A stretch of 64,000 bases of DNA, taken from positions 101,184,001-101,248,000 of the forward strand of contig OZ024744.1 of the NCBI GenBank assembly GCA_964016885.1. The letters are read 5' to 3'. The DNA is from Eledone cirrhosa. Taxonomy: Eukaryota. Positions within the stretch are counted from its first letter, which is position 1. Every line of letters starts with the position of its first letter. A program made the position numbers and the translations under genes. Positions 45,001 through 54,870 of the stretch are shown piece by piece. Under the pieces are notes generated by a model. The model made no database searches and was not told where the DNA came from. It saw nothing but the letters and a program-made list of their open reading frames with translations.

Positions 45001-45493
45001 ACACTAAAGCTATTGTATATAGTCCCTATTTTGGACAGAGACTGTTGTCAGCTCCCATTTGGTGTAAAGGTCAACACTAAAGTTATTGTATATAGTTCCT
45101 AATTTGGACAGGGACTGTTGTCAGCTCCCATTTGGTGTAAAGGTTAACACTAAAGTTATTGTATATAGTTCCTAATTTGGACAGAGACAGTTGTCAGCTC
45201 CCATTTGGTGTAAAGGTTAACACTAAAGTTATTGTATATAGTTCCTAATTTGGACAGAGACAGTTGTCAGCTCCCATTTGGTGTAAAGGTTAACACTAAA
45301 GTTATTGTATATAGTTCCTAATTTGGACAGAGACAGTTGTCAGCTCCCATTTGGTGTGAAGGTTAACACTAAATTATTGTATATAGTTCCTAATTTGGAC
45401 AGAGACTTTTGTCAGCTCCCATCTGGTGTAAAGGTTAACACTAAAGTTATTGTATATAGCTCGTCAGCTCCCATTTGGTGTAACAGTTAACAC
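1..45493. repeat. 73-bp tandem satellite array, ~620 units, extends beyond the left edge of the window
   Basis: Consensus TTCCTAATTTGGACAG(G/A)GACTGTTGTCAGCTCCCATTTGGTGTAAAGGTTAACACTAAAGTTATTGTATATAG recurs head-to-tail with period 73 (positions 1, 74, 147...). Units differ by a few substitutions; indels are rare (e.g. ~1172, ~22918, ~32439, ~44902). Confidence 0.99.
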
Positions 45494-45545
45494 ACTAGCC
45501 TGTGGAATTCAAGAGATACAGAGTTCAATTCTCTAGTGGTTGCTG
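45465..45545 (+). pseudogene. Degenerate tRNA-like sequence (tRNA pseudogene or SINE head) continuous with the last satellite unit
   Basis: A-box-like TGGTGTAACAG (45476-86); D arm GTGT-aacagtta-ACAC; T arm AGAG-TTCAATT-CTCT (45520-34) with B-box GTTCAATTC; imperfect closing stem CAGCTCCCATT/AGTGGTTGCTG. The anticodon arm does not pair. Confidence 0.55.
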
Positions 45546-45731
45546 TGCACATCATTTCTGTCTCTAAGGATATTTTACATGATTTTCTAACACTATTATC
45601 ATTGTAGCTAATCTGTGTTTGGATTTCTACATTTCAAATTTCTAGTCATCCAAACACCTCAATAAATTGTAAGACTTGTTTATACCTAGCTGTAGCTGCT
45701 AAAACTAAAGAAATTATTTATATTTTGTTAG

Positions 45732-45816
45732 GACTGGCTGGACATTATTGCCACTTTTCAACAGCTCTCAACCAGACAGGACTTTATAAAGATGATGAAA
45801 CAATAAAAACTAATAG
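45732..45816 (+). CDS. Sorting nexin SNX5/6/32-like (PX-BAR), BAR-domain exon A (phase 1 to 2)
   Basis: ttttgttag|GA CTG...AAT AG|gtgaga; encodes xLAGHYCHFSTALNQTGLYKDDETIKTN(R). Phase is compatible with the next exon. Confidence 0.72.
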
Positions 45817-45849
45817 GTGAGATATATTCAACTATTTTCTCAATTGTTT

Positions 45850-46548
45850 TCTTGTGAAGCTGCATTGGGCTTGAAATCGAAAGGTTGTAAGTTCAATTCT
45901 CGGACTGAATGATGTGTTGTTTCCTTGGGCTAGACACTTTATTCCATGTTGCTCCAGTTTACTCAGCTGTAAAAATGAGATGATAGGACTGGGGGTGCCT
46001 ATCATTAAATCACCCAAGACACCTCCAATGAGATATACCTTGGAGGAGGCCAGCTAAACCTGCATAGGTGTGAGCTGTCACACACACATGTGCAGTACTA
46101 GAGGACCTTGCACAATTACACCTCTCAAAGGCAATGACTCAGGACCGTAACCTCTGGTGCTATACAGTTTTACAGAAGACCCACCCTCTATTATTCTCGG
46201 GATGAGGCTTATACCTAGTAGGCAACACCTTCCTCAACCTTCTATCCCCTCTCATTACCTCCCCTACTACCCTGTCCACATTTTTTCCCAAGCTCCTTCC
46301 CCTCCTTAGTCCCAAGACAAAAGTCCCAAGACAAAAGTGCCCAGACTCTACTGTAAAGTGATTGTATAGGTTTCTCAACTAAAAGCACCCAGCCCACACT
46401 GTAAATGTGGTTGGCGTTAGGAAGGGCATCCAGCCATAGAAAACCAGCCAGAAACTCTCCTATATGAGACCCAACTTGCCTCTAAATGGGACAAACCTGT
46501 CTAACCCATGCTAGCATGGAAGATAGATGTTAATCGATGATGATGATG
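45850..46548 (+). mobile_element. tRNA-derived SINE with RTE-type 3' tail (degraded, extra internal sequence)
   Basis: B-box GTTCAATTC (~45890) and body TCCTTGGGCTAGACACTTTATT, homologous to the SINE at 57394-57783; tail GGAAGGGCATCCAGCC...CCATGCTAGCATGG...(GAT)n. Confidence 0.7.
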
Positions 46549-46779
46549 AATTAGTTTAATAGATATCAAAAATACCAGGAATCATCATCAAGCTAATGTT
46601 TTCCAGCCTCTGGTGTTTGAGACATTTGGGACCTTGACAACAGAGTTCTTGTCATCATTGATGAATCCACCTTACTGAGGTATCTGGTGATGCTCTCTCT
46701 GAAAGTGCTTGGTTGTCCCAATTTCTTAGCCTTGCTAATACTCACAAATCTTTGAGGCAGGAGCCCAAGCCAGTGTTTG

Positions 46780-47212
46780 ATTTCTTCTTTTTTTTTTCAT
46801 CTTTTACTTTTTCTTTTCTTCTTTTTCTTTTTCTTTCTTTTTCTTTTTCAATTTCTTTTTCTTTTCATTTTCTTTCTTTTTCTTTCTTTTTCTTTTTCTT
46901 TTTCTTTTCATTTTCTTTCTTTTTCTTTCTTTTTCTTTCTTTTTCTTTCTTTTTCTTTCTTTTCTTTCTTTTTCTTTCTTTTTCTTTCTTTTTCTTTTTT
47001 TTTCTTTTTTTTTCTTTCTTTTTCTTTCTTTTTTCTTTTTACATTTATTTTTCTTCTCTTCTTTTTCTCTTTCTTTTTCTTCTTTTTCTTTTTCTTTTCC
47101 ATTTTTTCTTTTTACACTTTTCTTTTTTTCTTTCTTTCTTTTTTCTCTTTTCTTTTTCTTCTTCTTCGCCTTCTTCTTCTCCCCCTCTTTCTTTGCCTTC
47201 TTCTTCTTCTCC
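46780..47212. repeat. Polypyrimidine (TTTC/TTTTTC)n low-complexity tract
   Basis: About 430 bp of almost only C and T; source of the spurious F-rich and K-rich ORFs. Confidence 0.95.
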
Positions 47213-47214
47213 CA

Positions 47215-47935
47215 CTTATTCCTGAGAGGGTCCTGTGAGAAACAACCATCTCCAACTGATCCAGCCAAGCTCATGGATGTTATCCAACCATCTTGCTCAG
47301 GGTCTGCCTCTGGGTCCCCTCCCAGTTGGTTTTGCCTGTAAAATCTGTCCAACGATTCTTTCCTGAAAAATTCTAGCCACATGTCCATAGTATCGGAGCT
47401 GTAGCAGCTCTACCTGGAGTGACTCTCTGATCTCTGAGCTACACACTTTATCGAGTAATGTAACTCCAAAGACCCTTTGAAGGAACCCTATTTCGGCTGC
47501 TTGATTCATGACCATAGCTAAGGGTTGACTGGAAAACTGAATTGAAGATAGTGAGTTATGCCTACCTCCTTTCTTCTGATTACTGAATGCTGAAGCTGGT
47601 ACATTACTGCACCAGTCCCTACAATCCTTGCACTTAATTCAGCCTCCCGCCTTCCATCACTCGTGAACATGGCCTCGAGGTACTTGAACTTCTCCACCTG
47701 ATTCAGTGGAACTCCATTCGCATGTAGTGCACTGTGCAGGCTTCCTTGAGAGGATGTGTGGCTCAGTCTTCACAGCATTGATATTCATTCCAGCCATGCA
47801 GCACTTGGCTTCAAACCTATCAAATGCATGTCAGTGATCACCTTCTGATGAGTTAAGTAACACCAAGTCATCTGTAAATTCCAGCCAATTGATCCTACAT
47901 TCACCAGTCAGGTGATCTTTCACCACTTCAAACCC
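47215..47935 (-). mobile_element. Degraded 3' part of an RTE-clade LINE (family distinct from the PHD-RTE)
   Basis: Minus-strand remnants FTDDLVLL (RT motif, ~47870), QVEKFKYL, AAEIGFLQRVFGVTLLDKV.SSEIRESL, YYGHVAR, RPRGRP; many frameshifts. Confidence 0.8.
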
Positions 47936-48181
47936 ATTCATATTGTAATGGCTATTTTTAACATTTTATGAATGTTTTACGTCTTTTAACCATCATTTAC
48001 CATGTACTTGCTGCATGTAGTGTTTGACACAAACAGGTAAACTAACTGCACAAAACTAGATTTAGAACTACACAAAATTAGATTTAAACTACACCAGCTG
48101 TCTTCAACTACGCATTAAAATAATCACCATTCTGTGGTGAACTTGCCAAAATATTCTGTTTTACTGGAATACAGTCTAGAG

Positions 48182-48620
48182 CAGAGGTGGGGAACCTTTT
48201 CATGTTGAAAGGCTACATTAAGTTACTTGTAATATAAGGCCACATTCAAGAAACCATAATTATATATTCTTAAAATCTACATTATTTTGTAAGAAATCTA
48301 ATTACTAAATAATACTAATTATCTAAAAAATGAAAAAATTTCATTTTAAAGCCAACTTTTAATGACTTTGTTTTAATGATTTTGATATTTGGTTGCAACA
48401 TAGAGGTTTGAAGTTTCAACTAAACCTCTAGATGGGTATCCACTATTTGTGATCTCAAATGTCTTGATTTTGGATTAGATGGGAGAATGTAGATTCACAG
48501 CAAGAAGTGGCTTAAATTAAAATAATAAGAGATAAACAAAAACATATTAAAAATTAGAAATTTGCTGGAATGGCATAGAAGGCCACATGCAGTCCAAAGG
48601 CTGCAGGATTCCCATCTCTG
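48182..48620. mobile_element. Non-autonomous hAT (Charlie-type) MITE
   Basis: TIRs CAGAGGTGGGGAACCT / AGGATTCCCATCTCTG and a perfect 8-bp TSD GTCTAGAG (48174-81, 48621-28), the NTCTAGAN target typical of Charlie elements. Confidence 0.9.
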
Positions 48621-48675
48621 GTCTAGAGTAAACTGGGGGCAATTTGTTTCACTTTGATTTAATTTATCTTTTCAG

Positions 48676-48715
48676 GATTATGTCATGCCTAAGTGTTAGC
48701 CTGGATGACTCTAAG
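48676..48715 (+). CDS. Sorting nexin SNX5/6/32-like, exon B (40 nt, phase 2 to 0)
   Basis: tcttttcag|G ATT...TCT AAG|gtgagc; encodes (R)IMSCLSVSLDDSK and joins exons A and C in frame. Confidence 0.75.
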
Positions 48716-49091
48716 GTGAGCTACCCACCAATTTTATTGTTTCTTTTAATTGTCTTTTGAAAATAATCAAAAATTCGGAAGTGGTCTCTGGTCTCGAATA
48801 ATCGTCCCCACTCCCCACTTATTAATTTTTCAGATTTTTTACAACCCAACCTCCCAACTTAAGTTTTGCTAATCTATCTCCGGTGAAATATTATTTTAAG
48901 TGGTAACATTCCTGTGACAATTCATTTTCTTTACACATTAAAAAACATTATACATGACAAAAAACTGCATTACTAGAAATCACATACATTATAAAATAAA
49001 TAGGATGGGTTGGGGGGGTCTCAATATGTAAACTAAACAACTAATTCTGGTTTTTAAAAAATCAACAGAGACAACCTAGAAAATTATCAAT

Positions 49092-49183
49092 CCCCCCTAC
49101 GCATGCTTACTCTCCCCACCCACGCTTACTCCCCCACCAACACTTACTACCACACCCCCACCCACGCTTACTCCCTTGCCCAC
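49092..49183. repeat. C-rich ~20-bp minisatellite (CCCACCCACGCTTACTCC), interrupted by the hAT insertion and resuming at 53069-53095
   Basis: Four to five degenerate copies lie left of the hAT TIR and one more immediately right of the other TIR. Confidence 0.75.
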
Positions 49184-49650
49184 CAGCGTTGCCGATGACT
49201 ATACGTTCGTACAAAACTGTACGTTTTGCTCAAAATTTTGATGTGCTGTACGTTTTGGTGATCTTGCCATCAGTTTATAAAATTCATGTTTTGACGCATT
49301 GATTGAGTGCATTTTCACATATGCACGTTTCGGAGCTTTACAAAAATAAAAACACGTGAGAATGCAGACGAGACTAGTGCATGCAAGCGCACGTTGACTT
49401 ATGAGGTCAAGGGCGTCTGTAAATTTGGGGGAAGTATATGTCCAGTTTACCACGCCATATCTGTCATAACGCAGGAATTTTTCTCACAAACTGGTGTAAA
49501 AGGTGCGTGAATTTATTTTCAAAAGTTTGATAGATTAGATTTAATTTTACAGAGCTAATTTATACAACCACGCCGTATCAGTCTGAACACAAAAGCAGAA
49601 TTCTTATAACCTACAGTGTAAACGGTATGTGATGTTTTTAATAGTTTAAT

Positions 49651-50113
49651 TCATCATCATCATCATCATCATCATCATCGTTTAACGTCCATCTTCCACG
49701 CTTGCATGGGTTTGGACGGGAGTTTTCCCACTTGAGGCAAGATTGGTTGTCTTGCTCGCATAGGACTGTCTGGCGGGTTTTCTACGGCTGGATGCCCTTC
49801 CTAACACCAACCACGTTTACAGTGTAGAACTGGGAGGTTTTTACCGTGTTACCTACACAGCCACATTACTGTGTGTTTTTTTGTCGTGACACCTACACGA
49901 TCTCATTTGTTTCGGACTGGATGTTGTGGTACCAACATAACTTTACATTGAAAGGGGTGGTGTGGATGGGGTGGGGGTAGTGGGACGGGGGTGTATTTTT
50001 GTTAGAGGTGCCTACTGACTGTAGTAGGTTTCACTTTGTACTTAGGTAAGGCGGGCCTTCTGTATTACTGTGTAGCGTCAAAGATCTCGGTCCAGTGACA
50101 TTGTCTTGGAGAG
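49651..50113 (-). mobile_element. RTE LINE 3' fragment inside the hAT 5' region
   Basis: Starts with (CAT)n and is the reverse complement of the end of the ORF, the 3' UTR and the tail of the element at 57832-60100. Confidence 0.9.
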
Positions 50114-50146
50114 AAATAAATCTTATAGAACTAACTTGAAGCAGAT

Positions 50147-52871
50147 ATGAGTGATAGAACTGTGAAACGAGAACATTCTTCAGATAACGAACGTAGAGCA
50201 GCAGATAAGAAGAAGGCTAGATGGGCATCGTATGAAAGAAAGCTTCCGTCCAAATAGTTGTACGATGAAAAATTTTCTTCTTGGTTGGAAGTGGGCAAGA
50301 ACGATACAACTAAAGGCAAATGCATATTTTGCAAATGTGAAATTGCCGGCAGTTTGAGTCAAATTTTACGACATCAGCAGACAGAAAAGCACCGTAAGAA
50401 TACAAAAGAAGTGAACAAAGCAACGAAATTGACAAATTTTATCCAAGCCTCTTCGTTTTCTTCACACTCCAGGAAAGTAGTATCTGCTGAATTAAAGTAC
50501 TGTGTATTTGTTGCTGAGCATAATCTACCCATCTCTATTTTGGACCACTTGCCTGGCCTTGTTGTAAACGCCTGTCCTGATTCTAAAATCGCCCATGATG
50601 TGAAGTGTGCCAGAACAAAAGGCACATCCATCTTTTCAAACATCATCGGCTCCTATGGCTTCAACGCTTTATTAAAGAAGCTTCATTCGACAAAATTCTC
50701 CCTCATCATCGATGAAACAACTGATGTTGCAACACTTAAACAACTCGTCCTTGTATCCAGATATTACGACATTGAAATTCAAAAGACTGTCGACGATTTT
50801 CTAACGCTTATAGAAATAAATGATTGCAGTGCTGTGGGTATTTACAACTGTCTTCTATCGTTTTTCAACGAACACGCTATTCCTTTGGAAAAGTTGATAG
50901 GTTTCGCTTGTGATAATGCGAGTGTTATGATGGGCAGCAAAGGAGGCGTCCAGCATTTGTTGAAGCAGACGAAACCAGATCTACTTGTGCAAGCCTGTGT
51001 TTGTCATTCATTACACTTATGTTCATCAAAAGTGTGCAATGAATTACCAAATTCCGTGGAAGAATTGACAAGAAGTATTTATGCATACTTTAGTGAACGG
51101 CAAAGTATTAACGAACTAAGGGAGAAATTAGGAATAAGTGGGATCAGATGTTGTTTATTCGAGAGAAGACTACGTTGGTACGGTCACGTGATGCGCATGA
51201 AAGACGACAGCTGTATAAAAAAGTGCAGGGCGATAAAAATAGACGGTAGCCACGGAGTAGGCAGACCCAGAAAAACCTGGGACGACTTGATAAATTCCGA
51301 CCTCACACACTTACACCTCTCCAAGACAATGTCACTGGACCGAGATCTTTGGCGCTATGCAGTAATACAGAAGACCCGCCTTGCCTAAGTACAAAGCGAA
51401 ACCTACAGTCAGTAGGCACCTCTAACAATAATACACCCCTGTCCCACTACCCCCACCCCATCCACACCACCCCTTTCAATATAAAGTTATGTTGGTACCA
51501 CAACATCCAGTCCGAAACAAATGAGGTCGTGTAGGTGTCACGACAAAAATACACACAGTCCACGCTGTAATGTGACCGTGTAGGTAACACGGTAAAAACC
51601 TCCCAGTCCACACTGTAAATGTGGTTGGTGTTAGGAAGGGCATCCAGCCGTAGAAAACCCGCCAGACAGTCCTATACGAGCAGGACAACCACTCTTGCCT
51701 CAAGTGGGAAAACTCCCGTCCAAACCCATGCAAGCGTGGAAGATGGACGTTAAACGATGATGATGATGATTTAGTCACAGTCCTAAGCGGATCAATGAAT
51801 ACAAAGGTCTGCAGAAAATAGCTTCAATTGATCCTCTCAAAATCCTGCATGCAAGCTGCACGAGGTGGCTGTCTCTCAAGCAAGTTGTGAAGCGCATTTT
51901 AGAGCAGTGGCCAGCATTGCTGGCATATTTCACCCAAGCAACATTAGAGGATGGATGTCCGTCTACGGCTCGAAGAATTCTCACTGAAATGTAGAATCCT
52001 CTTACAAAGATGTATTTTGCATTTCTATCTTTTATTTTAAACAACGCCAACAAACTTAATCTGGAATTCCAGGCCGAAAGCTATTGGATGCCTAAACTCA
52101 AAAGAGCAATCAACATTGGAATGAAGGGAATTTTGAGCAATTTCATTAAATCTGATTTACTTTCTGTCATCAATGTGTGTGAGATTAATGTCAACGATTC
52201 AATGACACACCAACCATTAGATCGTATCTACTTTGGTGTTGTAGCTGAGAGCATTTTACACGACAATTCTACCACCATTGCCCTTGATGAATTGCTGACC
52301 TTCCGACAGAATATACTACGATTCTTTGTTTGTCTTTCAAACCAAATGCTAATGCAGTTTTTGTCTTGCAATATGCAGAACAATTTGGAACTACTTGAGG
52401 CGTTAGACCCAACCAACGTGATGGAGGGAAAGCCGAGGTCAATAATTCCACTTGTTATGCGATTTCCAAATCTTTGTGATGAGAAAGATTACGAAGAGAT
52501 AAATCAGGAATGGCGCCACCTGACAATTCAAGGTTCTTCCTTCATCCCGCACAACGATCCAGAAAAATTTTGGTTTGCTGTCTCACAAGAGAACCGTTAC
52601 CCTCTGCTGTCATCTCTTATGCTTAGTCTTCTTTCTTTACCCCCACTCCTCCGCAGCGGCTGAAAGAATTTTCTCTGTTCTCCACTCTATTAAAACAAAG
52701 AATCGAAATTGTTTGAAAACTTCCACTCTTAACGCTCTTGTTAGGTCGAAATATTTGTTACGACATACTGACTGCACGATGTGGGAGCCTGATGAACATC
52801 TTTGCAAAGCATTATTTGAAAAAAATTGGTACAACAGAGAATCTGCTCAGGAAGATGACGTTCCTTTTTGA
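50147..52871 (+). pseudogene. hAT transposase pseudogene
   Basis: ATG at 50147; zinc finger CIFC...HQQTEKH; FSLIIDETTD; FACDNASVM; CVCHSLHL; TRWLS; C-terminal SSAAAERIFS. Disrupted by TAG at 50255, a LINE insertion at 51095, TAG at ~51992 and a frameshift at ~52640. Confidence 0.92.
51095..51769 (+). mobile_element. 5'-truncated RTE LINE inserted in the transposase ORF
   Basis: Encodes ERQSINELREKL...RLRWYGHV...GRPRKTW; (GAT)n tail; TSD TTTAGT (51089-94, 51770-75). The transposase reads YFS|HSPKR across the insertion. Confidence 0.93.
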
Positions 52872-53286
52872 TGCCCTTATGTTTAAATTGTCAATAAATG
52901 TTGTTAACTTCAAAAATATGTGTAAAAAGAGTGTTTTTGATTGTAATTGGGGGATTTAGTAAAATTCTGTACATTTTGGTTAGATTCTGTACCTTTTGAA
53001 AAAAATTCTGTAAGTTTTTTTGAAAAAAAATTCTGTACTTTTTTGGAAAAAGAATTTCGGCAGCGCTGCCGCCCACGCTTACTCCCCTCACCCCTCTATT
53101 ACTTTGGACCTGAGAGTATCTAATAAAATCTAAACAAAAATTAAGGTTATTGTTTTATGTTCTGTTTTAAAAGAAATCCAGAATGTTTAGTAGTTAAAAC
53201 TATGAATACTATCATCATCATCATCATCATCATCATTTGACTATGCATAACAATATTAATTATATTTTTTATTTATAATATTTTAG

Positions 53287-53373
53287 CAAGAACTTGAAGT
53301 GTTGAGCAATAGCGATGAACAAACATTGGGCTTTCTGCTTGAACTGTATTCACGATACATGGATTCAGTGAAA
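53287..53373 (+). CDS. Sorting nexin SNX5/6/32-like, exon C (87 nt)
   Basis: ttttag|CAA...AAA|gtaagt; QELEVLSNSDEQTLGFLLELYSRYMDSVK resembles the SNX6 segment KIEARVSADEDLKLSDLLKYYLRESQAAK (recalled from memory). Confidence 0.82.
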
Positions 53374-53394
53374 GTAAGTTAAATATTTTACATA

Positions 53395-54156
53395 CCATAT
53401 ATGGCTGAAATAAGGTTCCTATGAAGGGTCTTTGGAGTAACGTTACCATATATGGTCGAAATAGGGTTCCTCCAAAGGGTCTTTGGAGTAACGTTACCAT
53501 ATATGGTCGAAATAGGGTTCCTCCAAAGGGTCTTTGTAGTAACGTTGCCATATATGGTCGAAATAGGGTTCCTCCAAAGGGTCTTTGGAGTAACGTTGCC
53601 ATATATGGTCGAAATGGGGTTCCTCCAAAGGGGCTTTGGAGTAACGTTGCCATATATGGTCGAAATGGGGTTCCTCCAAAGGGTCTTTGGAGTAACGTTG
53701 CCATATATGGTCGAAATGGGGTTCCTCCAAAGGGGCTTTGTAGTAACGTTGCCATATATGGTCGAAATGGGGTTCCTCCAAAGGGGCTTTGGAGTAACGT
53801 TGCCATATATGGTCGAAATGGGGTTCCTCCAAAGGGGCTTTGTAGTAACGTTGCCATATATGGTCGAAATGGGGTTCCTCCAAAGGGTCTTTGGAGTAAC
53901 GTTGTCATATATGGTTGAAATAGGGTTCCTCCAAAGGGTCTTTGGAGTAACATTGCCATATATGGTCGAAATGGGATTCCTCTAAAGGGGCTTTGTAGTA
54001 ACGTTGCCATATATGGTCGAAATAGGGTCTTTGGAGTAACCTTACCATATATGGTTGAAATGGGGTTCCCCTGAAGGGTCTTTGGAGTAACCTTACCATA
54101 TATGGTTGAAATGGGGTTCCTCCAAAGGGTCTTTGAAGTAACATTACCATATATGG
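53395..54156. repeat. 51-bp minisatellite, 15 units, filling the intron between exons C and D
   Basis: Unit CCATATATGGTCGAAAT(A/G)GGGTTCCTCCAAAGGG(T/G)CTTTG(G/T)AGTAACGTT(G/A); one 38-bp deleted unit at 54007. Confidence 0.97.
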
Positions 54157-54218
54157 CCAATAACAAATTGTTACCTAAATGTTTCAGAATTTGCTTTGTT
54201 TTTTCTTTGGTTCTGTAG

Positions 54219-54308
54219 GAGATGTTATTCCGACGTACATGTCTTCTTGTTAGTTTTGAAAATGCTAATAAAATGGTGGAAAAGGCTAAACCGCCAAAAA
54301 AGCAACAA
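54219..54308 (+). CDS. Sorting nexin SNX5/6/32-like, exon D (90 nt)
   Basis: ttctgtag|GAG...CAA|gtaagt; EMLFRRTCLLVSFENANKMVEKAKPPKKQQ matches the SNX5/6 BAR motif DLLYRR...YENANKALDKAR. Confidence 0.85.
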
Positions 54309-54344
54309 GTAAGTTCCCTGAATTCTATTTTTGTAATGTTATTT

Positions 54345-54524
54345 GTGGATTGGCAGTATCGGTAGAGGGTCGGACGCCATGCTTTCCAGCATAGTTACGT
54401 CCCTTTACGATCTGAGTTCAAATCCCGCCGAGGTTGACTTTGCCTTTCATCCTTACGGAGTCGATAAAATAAAGTACCAGTAATGCACTGGGTAATTGCT
54501 GGCCTTGTGCCTAAAGTAGAAACA
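54345..54524 (+). mobile_element. tRNA-derived SINE (second family)
   Basis: A-box-like TGGCAGTATCGG, B-box GAGTTCAAATCC, core GACTTTGCCTTTCATCCT...GTCGATAAAATAAAGTACCAG. Confidence 0.8.
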
Positions 54525-54870
54525 GTTATTTATACAACTGAATAAAATTATTTATTTAATTTATCATGGTACTAGTAGATTGCCAATCAAGATTAAAATA
54601 TTCTTTGACTGAAACACACATTCACTCACACAATTGATATAAACACACAAACATGCATATACTTACACAGACACGCTCACACAAGTGATATAAACACATA
54701 ATCACTGTTATACTCACACACATACTCACACAAAAACTTACACAATAATAATAGCCACTGTGTGTAGCCAATTTGCTACATATATACACACACAAGTATA
54801 GATATATTCACACAAACACTCATATACTCACACAAGTAATATAAACACACATACAGTCACACAATAATAA

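Larger units (their letters stand above)
49184..53068 (+). mobile_element. hAT-superfamily DNA transposon, full length but inactivated
   Basis: TIRs CAGCGTTGCCGA / TCGGCAGCGCTG (11 of 12 match); degenerate 8-bp TSD TTGCCCAC / CCGCCCAC; subterminal CTGTAC-T-rich repeats at both ends; internal transposase. Confidence 0.9.

Noticed and set aside
1-45490. Satellite as coding repeat or array of mini-exons (tatag|TTCC...AAG|gttaac), including ORF 45305-45490
   Set aside because: 73 is not a multiple of 3 and stops recur; the implied 26-nt introns are too short; the 61-aa ORF results from a 1-nt deletion in a terminal unit.
1-45493. CRISPR array or diversity-generating cassette array
   Set aside because: There are no unique spacers; units differ only by recurrent point variants; there are no cas genes and the context is eukaryotic.
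46713-47388. Phe-rich and Lys-rich ORFs
   Set aside because: These are translations of a low-complexity C/T tract.
53273-54166. Repeat-protein ORFs on both strands
   Set aside because: They are by-products of a 51-bp (3n) unit lying in an intron bounded by good splice sites; open frames on both strands argue against coding.
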